Source: Streptosporangiaceae bacterium
Lineage (GTDB): Bacteria; Actinomycetota; Actinomycetes; Streptosporangiales; Streptosporangiaceae
Assembly: GCA_036267555.1 (NCBI GenBank)
Contig: DATAVV010000383.1
Span: 5,443-69,442, forward strand
Direction of reading: 5' to 3'
Length of the DNA stretch: 64,000 bases
Below are positions 58,830 to 64,000 of this stretch, one piece after another. A program made the position numbers and the translations under genes. How positions within the stretch are numbered: the first letter of the stretch is position 1; every line of letters starts with the position of its first letter. The notes beneath the pieces were generated by a model. It saw only the letters and a program-made list of their open reading frames with translations. It did no database searches and had not been told where the DNA came from.

Positions 58830-60461
58830 TCAGCCCCGCGCCAGGCCCCGGTAGCGCCGGATGAGCGCGTTGGTGGACGAGTCGTGCCCGAGGTCGGGCT
58901 CGGCGGCGCTGGTGAGCTCGGGGATGATCGCAGCGGCCAGCACCTTGCCCAGCTCGACGCCCCACTGGTCGAAGGAGTCGATGTCCCAGATCGTGCCCTG
59001 GGTGAAGACGCTGTGCTCGTAGAGCGCTACCAGCGTGCCCAGCAGGCGCGGGGTCAGCTTCTGCGCCAGCAGCACGTTGGTCGGGCGGTTGCCCTCCATC
59101 ACCCGGTGCGGCGCCACCCGCGGCGAGGTGCCCTCGGCGAGGACCTCTTCCCGCGTCTTGCCGAACGCCAGGGCCTGCGCCTGGGCGAACACGTTGGACG
59201 ACAGGATGTCGTGGTGGTCGCCGAGCGGGTTCAGTCCCTGGCCGAAGCCGATCAGGTCGACCGGGATCAGCCGCGTGCCCTGGTGGATGAGCTGGTAGAA
59301 GCTGTGCTGGCCGTTGGTGCCCGGCTCACCCCAGTACACCGCGCCCGTGTCGTAGTCGACCGGCGTGCCGTCGATCGTCACGTGCTTGCCGTTCGACTCC
59401 ATCGTGAGCTGCTGGAGGTACGCCGGGAACCGCTTCAGGTACTGGTCGTAGGGCATGACCCCGGAGGTCTGGGCGCCGAAGAAGTTGCCGTACCACACCG
59501 CGAGCAGGCCCAGGAGCACCGGCAGGTTCGCGGCCAGCGGCGCGGTGGCGAAGTGCTCGTCCATCTCGTGGAACCCGGCCAGCATCTCGCGAAAGCGCTC
59601 GGGCCCGACCGCGATCATGGTGGACAGTCCGATCGCGGAATCCATCGAGTAGCGGCCGCCGACCCAGTCCCAGAAGCCGAACATGTTCGCGGTATCGATG
59701 CCGAACGCGGCGACCTTCTCGGTGTTGGTAGAGACCGCGACGAAGTGGCGGCTCACCGCGTCCTCCGAGCCCAGCGCGCCGACCACCCAGTCACGCGCGG
59801 AGTGGGCGTTGGTGAGGGTCTCCAGGGTGCCGAACGTCTTGGACGATATGACGAACAGCGTCTCGGCCGGATCGAGGTCCCTGGTCGCCTCCACGAAGTC
59901 GGTCGCGTCCACGTTCGACACGAAACGGAACGTCAGGTCGCGCCGGGTGTAGTAGCGCAGCGCCTCGTAGGCCATGACCGGGCCGAGATCGGAGCCGCCG
60001 ATGCCGACGTTGACCACGTTCTTGATGGGCCGCCCGGTGAAGCCTTTCCATTCCCCGCTCAGTATCTGCTCACTGAACGCGGCCATGCGGTCGAGCACCT
60101 CGTGCACCTCGGCGACCACGTCGACCCCGTCCACCACGAGCGTGCTGCCCTTCGGCATGCGCAGGGCCACGTGCAGCACCGAGCGGTTCTCGGACACGTT
60201 GATCCGGTCGCCGCGCAGCATCATGTCCCGGCGTTCCTCCAGGTCCGACTCCTGTGCCAGGGAGATCAGCAGGCGCAGCGTCTCGTCGGTGACCCGGTTC
60301 TTCGAGTAGTCGAGGTAGAGTCCGGCCGCCTCGGCGCTGAGGCGCTCGGCGCGCCCCGGGTCGTCGGCGAAAAGCTCGCGCAGGTGCAGCCCTCTGATCT
60401 CGGCGTAATGCTGCTCGAGCGCCTTCCAGGCCGGGCGCTGGCGGAGCGGGGTGGTCGGCAT
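58830..60461 (-). CDS. pgi: Glucose-6-phosphate isomerase
   Basis: ATG 60461 follows an [42 protein letters not shown] and the N-terminal AWKALEQHY motif are present. Confidence 0.93.
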   Translation of the reverse strand: MPTTPLRQRPAWKALEQHYAEIRGLHLRELFADDPGRAERLSAEAAGLYLDYSKNRVTDETLRLLISLAQESDLEERRDMMLRGDRINVSENRSVLHVALRMPKGSTLVVDGVDVVAEVHEVLDRMAAFSEQILSGEWKGFTGRPIKNVVNVGIGGSDLGPVMAYEALRYYTRRDLTFRFVSNVDATDFVEATRDLDPAETLFVISSKTFGTLETLTNAHSARDWVVGALGSEDAVSRHFVAVSTNTEKVAAFGIDTANMFGFWDWVGGRYSMDSAIGLSTMIAVGPERFREMLAGFHEMDEHFATAPLAANLPVLLGLLAVWYGNFFGAQTSGVMPYDQYLKRFPAYLQQLTMESNGKHVTIDGTPVDYDTGAVYWGEPGTNGQHSFYQLIHQGTRLIPVDLIGFGQGLNPLGDHHDILSSNVFAQAQALAFGKTREEVLAEGTSPRVAPHRVMEGNRPTNVLLAQKLTPRLLGTLVALYEHSVFTQGTIWDIDSFDQWGVELGKVLAAAIIPELTSAAEPDLGHDSSTNALIRRYRGLARG

Positions 60462-60492
60462 CGGCAACTTCCTCTTGGTCGTCTCGGGTTTG

Positions 60493-60840
60493 TTAGCGGG
60501 CCTGCTCGTGCCGCGCGGCCGCCACGCGCTCGCGGGCGGCCTGCGCCACCCGCCCGGGCGTCCTGCCCGCGTCCACGCCGAGCGGATCGCCGTGCGCCTT
60601 GGGCATGTCCTCGACCGGGGAGCCGCAGCCGATGTGGCTGTGCACCAGCACCAGCGCGGGCCGCTCGCTCTCGGCGCGGAACGAGTGCAGCGCGCGGGCC
60701 ACCATCTCCAGGTCGTTCGCGTCGGCGACGGTGGTGACGTTCCAGCCGTAGGCGATGAACCGGGCGGCGACGTCCTCGGCGTCCATGCACAGGCCGCGGA
60801 TCGTGTTGACGGACAGCGCGTCAAGATCGGTCGTGCTCAA
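60493..60840 (-). pseudogene. Transketolase remnant (internal ~180-aa deletion, C-terminal ~400 aa missing)
   Basis: TTG start with a [25 protein letters not shown] (Tkt residues ~5-20) is fused directly to [60 protein letters not shown] (Tkt ~200-270). An out-of-frame tail follows. The GHPG TPP-binding region is absent. Confidence 0.6.
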
Positions 60841-60861
60841 GCTGGCCTCCCGCGTAGGAAC

Positions 60862-61677
60862 TTAGCCGGACGCGGGCCCCGCATCGTCCGGCCGGTCGTC
60901 GAGGTTCTCGTATTCCGGGCCGAGGACCTCGGCGTCACCGGACGATGCGACCATCCTGGATTTGTCGTGGCTGCCAATCTCGGCGGGCACGCTCATGCGC
61001 TTGTCCGTGACATGGTCCCAAAGCTCGAGGCGGGCGTTGGGCGGCTCAGCGATCTTATCGAGGTAGTACCCGGGTATCTCGTAGACCAGGTGACCAGCGG
61101 TCGCGGTACCCGGCGGCAGGTCGAAAGGCATCGAGATCGGGTTCAGGCCCAGCGAGGGCGGCAGCGCCCAGTCTGGCGGCGGGCAGAGCGCCTCGCCCAC
61201 CCGCCCCCACGAGCCCGGGATCAGCTTCAGGTACAGCAGCACCGTCAGGCTCGCGCCCTGGCCGGTGCCGGTATTCACCAGGCGCGCATTGAACGACCGC
61301 AGGTGAGCGGGCACGGCCAGGCCCGATTCGGACTCGCGCTGCGTGTCCATCGAGCCGGCGCCGAATATCTCGAGCTCGATGTCGGGAAATTCGGGCCGGG
61401 CCACGGACGGGAGTGACCAGCCCCTGATCGCGCCGAAGAAACATGCGTAGGACGCGAGGAAACAGATAAGCGCCCCCAGCATCCATCCATTCAGGAAAAG
61501 GGAGTAATTTCCCCGCTTAAGAAAATACGCGATTGCCACGGCGGCCAGGAATACGAAGAGCGTCAGGAACAGCGCGCCGAGCCACAGCCACAGTTCACGG
61601 TAGGATCGCACGGCGGGGAGTCTACGCTGATCGGGGCAAAGGCCACGCCCCGGTCCCGCCTGGAGCGCCTGACCCAT
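60862..61677 (-). CDS. Membrane protein of unknown function (N-terminal 2-3 TM, ~170-aa soluble C-terminal domain)
   Basis: The TM segments are LWLWLGALFLTLFVFLAAVAIAYFL and WMLGALICFLASYACFFGAI. The 5' part is lower in GC. The start is uncertain (61686 TTG, 61677 ATG or 61611 GTG). Confidence 0.55.
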   Translation of the reverse strand: MGQALQAGPGRGLCPDQRRLPAVRSYRELWLWLGALFLTLFVFLAAVAIAYFLKRGNYSLFLNGWMLGALICFLASYACFFGAIRGWSLPSVARPEFPDIELEIFGAGSMDTQRESESGLAVPAHLRSFNARLVNTGTGQGASLTVLLYLKLIPGSWGRVGEALCPPPDWALPPSLGLNPISMPFDLPPGTATAGHLVYEIPGYYLDKIAEPPNARLELWDHVTDKRMSVPAEIGSHDKSRMVASSGDAEVLGPEYENLDDRPDDAGPASG

Positions 61678-62323
61678 GGACGTCAACGAACTGGCCGACC
61701 TCCCGTTCGCCGCGACGCTGACCCGGCACTCGGGCGGGCTGGCTTCGGGGGCCGACTATGACGTGGAGCATTTCGACCGGCTCAGCTTCGATGAGCCGCA
61801 CGCGGCCAGCAGCCGGTTCCTCGAATGCGCGTTCACCGGGGTCACGTTCCAGGGCGGCCGGCTGGCCAAGGCCACCTTCCGCGAGACATGGCTGCGCGAC
61901 GTGCGCCTGGTCGCGACCGCGCTCGGCGAGTCGCGCTGGGAGGACGTGACGATCGCCGAGAGCGTCCTGGCCGGCGCCGAGCTGTACGGCGCGCAGTTGC
62001 GCCAGGTCACGCTGCGGGGCTGCAAGCTCGACTCGGTGAACTTCCGCGGCGCCCAGCTCACGGAGGTGACCTTCGACGGCTGCGAACTGCGCGACGTGGA
62101 CTTCGCGGGCGCCACGCTGACCCGGGCGGCTTTCCCGGGCTCGCGGCTGACCAGGACCGACTTCACCAACGTGCGCCTGGAAGCGACCGACCTGCGCGGC
62201 GCGGAGCTTGGGCTCATCGTCGGCCCCGACTCGCTGCGCGGCGCCATCGTCGACACCGCGCAACTCGTCTACCTGGCCCCGGTGCTCGCGCAGACCATGG
62301 GCATCACCGTCTCCGACGACTAG
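61676..62323 (+). CDS. Pentapeptide-repeat protein (MfpA/Qnr-like fold)
   Basis: There are long runs of A(D/N)LxX-type quintets, for example CKLDSVNFRGAQLTEVTFDGCELRDVDFAGATLTRAAFPGSRLTRTDFTNVRLEATDLRGAEL. Confidence 0.85.
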   Translation: MDVNELADLPFAATLTRHSGGLASGADYDVEHFDRLSFDEPHAASSRFLECAFTGVTFQGGRLAKATFRETWLRDVRLVATALGESRWEDVTIAESVLAGAELYGAQLRQVTLRGCKLDSVNFRGAQLTEVTFDGCELRDVDFAGATLTRAAFPGSRLTRTDFTNVRLEATDLRGAELGLIVGPDSLRGAIVDTAQLVYLAPVLAQTMGITVSDD

Positions 62324-62657
62324 CGCCGCTAGCCCCGCACCCGGCGATCCTGTGCGGGCGCGGGCGCGGGCGCGGCCGATTCGGCCGGAATTGGCAGCAC
62401 ATCTGGGCCGGGTGCGGTGGAATGCCAGTTATGCAGACGGCTTCGGGGCGATGTTCGATCCCCGCCCGCTGGCGGTGCGGGCCCTGTCCGTGCGGCTGCC
62501 AGGCCGCCCGGACCGCGGGCCCCCGGGCGCGGCCGCGCCGTCGGCGGCGGCCCGAATACAAGCGCGAGCCGAGACGGTGCCTGATGGCGCAGCGCTGGTG
62601 CTGACGGACCGATACCGCCGTGATTCCCCGCAAAGGACCCGACCGTAGTCTTGGCCC

Positions 62658-63233
62658 ATGGCGAACGGCGGGAGCAGGCGGCTGGTGGTCGGCATGTCCG
62701 GATCCAGCGCCCCGCAACTGGGCCGGGCCTTCCTGCGCGCGGCGCGGCCCCTGGAGCGGGTCGAGACGCACCTGGTGCTCTCGCGCGGAGCACGCCGCAG
62801 CATCGAACTCGAGCTGCGCACCGACCCGGCCGAGGTGGAGAAGCTGGCCGACGTGGTCTACGACGCGGCTGACCTGGGCGCGTCGATCTCGTCCGGCTCG
62901 TTCCTGACCATGGGGATGGTCGTCATCCCGTGCTCGATGCGCACGCTGGGCGCGGTGGCCAGCGGCAACTCCGACAACCTCCTCACCCGGGCCGCGGATG
63001 TGGCACTCAAGGAGCGGCGGCCGCTGGTGCTGGTCACCCGGGAGACGCCGCTGAGCTACATCCACATCCGCAACATGGAGACGGTGACGCTGGCGGGCGC
63101 GACCGTGCTGCCGCCGGTGCCCGCGTTCTACCACCAGCCCTCGACCATCGACGACCTGCTCAACCACATCTGCGGCAAGGTCCTGGACCAGTTCGGCCTG
63201 GAGCACGACCTGTACCACCGGTGGTCGGGATGA
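62658..63233 (+). CDS. ubiX: UbiX-family flavin prenyltransferase
   Basis: VVGMSGSSAP, MVVIPCSMRTLGAVASG and LKERRPLVLVTRETPL motifs. Confidence 0.9.
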   Translation: MANGGSRRLVVGMSGSSAPQLGRAFLRAARPLERVETHLVLSRGARRSIELELRTDPAEVEKLADVVYDAADLGASISSGSFLTMGMVVIPCSMRTLGAVASGNSDNLLTRAADVALKERRPLVLVTRETPLSYIHIRNMETVTLAGATVLPPVPAFYHQPSTIDDLLNHICGKVLDQFGLEHDLYHRWSG

Positions 63234-63709
63234 GAGTCCCCGAGGCTCTGGCCCGGCTGCTCGACGGCCGGCCCGCGGTCGGCGCCGCCGAGCAGGCGTT
63301 CCCGTTCCTGACCGTGGACGAGGCGGGCTTTCCGCATGTCGCGCTGCTGTCCCGGGCCGAACTCGGCGTGAGCCCCGGCGGCGGCGAGGTGCTGGCCGTG
63401 GTCGCGAGCACGCGTACCCGGTCCAATCTCGAACGCGGCGGCATGGCCGGCCTGATCGCGGTCGAGGGAACCACGGCGCACTACGCCAAGCTGCGGGTCG
63501 TGCGCACGATCGAGGCCGGCCCGGTGCTCGGCTGCGCGCTGACCGTCGCCGAGCACAAGGCCGACTCCCTGGGCATCCCGCTGTCGCCGGTCAGCTTCAC
63601 GACGACAGCGCAGATAGCGCAGGCCGAGGACTGGGCCGCGAGCGAACGGCTGCTGCGCGCGCTGGCCGCCGGGGCGCCAGGGCCGGCCGCGCCCGCGGGT
63701 CTGGCGTAG
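63230..63709 (+). CDS. Pyridoxamine-5'-phosphate-oxidase-like (FMN-binding split-barrel) protein, tentative
   Basis: It has an ATGA overlap with the ubiX stop. The 159-aa protein reads FLTVDEAGFPHVALLS..VLAVVAS..TRSNLERGG, consistent with a PNPOx-like fold. Confidence 0.45.
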   Translation: MRVPEALARLLDGRPAVGAAEQAFPFLTVDEAGFPHVALLSRAELGVSPGGGEVLAVVASTRTRSNLERGGMAGLIAVEGTTAHYAKLRVVRTIEAGPVLGCALTVAEHKADSLGIPLSPVSFTTTAQIAQAEDWAASERLLRALAAGAPGPAAPAGLA

Positions 63710-63855
63710 GCGCCGTCGGCGGCCTCGGCTAGCATGAATTCCGGCATGCGGCGCTACGTACTCATTCTTAGCAGCCGTAGCGGGACCTGATCTGGCCGGC
63801 CAGCAACCCGCTACGGGATGAGGTGCTGGCCGTGAGCCCTCGTCAGGAGAATCTC

Positions 63856-63984
63856 GTGTCCGACAACAGCCTCTCGAACAATTCCGCGGACAGCGCCGAC
63901 ACCCTGCGGCGCGCGCTCCAGGCCGTCCAGACCGCCCTGGACCGCCGCGACAACGGCGGCGACACCGGGACCCAGGGCGACTAG
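63856..63984 (+). CDS. Small acidic/hydrophilic hypothetical protein (42 aa)
   Basis: An AGGAGA RBS lies 5 nt before GTG 63856 (alternative in-frame GTG 63832). The sequence is VSDNSLSNNSADSADTLRRALQAVQTALDRRDNGGDTGTQGD. Confidence 0.3.
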   Translation: MSDNSLSNNSADSADTLRRALQAVQTALDRRDNGGDTGTQGD

Positions 63985-64000
63985 CTACTAGCCGGGCCCG

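Noticed and set aside
55963-60737. 715-aa and 645-aa plus-strand ORFs
   Set aside because: They are antisense to the FtsX permease, the ABC ATPase and pgi, which carry Walker and SIS-domain motifs.
62324-62657. 330-nt gap before ubiX containing several 70-150-aa ORFs
   Set aside because: All the translations are R/A/P/G-rich without motifs. I could not support a gene or a remnant here, so the gap is left unannotated.
1-64000. Mobile elements, integrases, tRNA/rRNA genes, prophage genes
   Set aside because: I looked for transposase (DDE) or tyrosine-recombinase-like ORFs, terminal inverted repeats and cloverleaf-sized GC-balanced segments in every intergenic gap. None was found by eye, so the rearrangement scars have no visible mobile agent in this window.

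Overview
This is a high-GC (roughly 70%) actinomycete chromosomal segment. All calls come from reading the sequence and ORF translations by eye; no searches were run. I saw no rRNA, tRNA, CRISPR array, transposase or integrase.

(1) nt 1-22.2 kb is a secondary-metabolite locus built from two convergent, translationally coupled operons. The plus-strand operon holds an NRPS (FAAL-ACP-C-A-T-C), a LanB-like or PEARL-like protein, a penicillin/PvdQ-type Ntn acylase and a small membrane protein. The minus-strand operon holds a pterin-type aromatic amino-acid hydroxylase, a chorismate-mutase-like protein, a fused PabAB, a TyrA-like dehydrogenase and a class II DAHP synthase, which together form a p-aminophenylalanine-type branch. 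Two SARP/NB-ARC regulators follow, bracketing a 51-codon signal-peptide/CxxC mini-gene.

(2) nt 24.6-27.7 kb is a stand-alone 1016-aa WD40-Roc GTPase-COR-like-zinc ribbon-TIR protein. This is my top candidate for an undescribed immune or suicide sensor.

(3) The remainder is mixed housekeeping and accessory genes: SDRs, FAD/FMN oxidases, methyltransferases, a Ser/Thr kinase with DWQQP repeats, WhiB, a GH18 chitinase, MarR, a PadR-ABC module, pgi and ubiX.

Other points of note are:
- about seven deletion-scarred gene remnants;
- a perfect 8-nt x ~15 G-rich microsatellite between a predicted promoter and an SDR start codon;
- several strong hairpins and palindromes.
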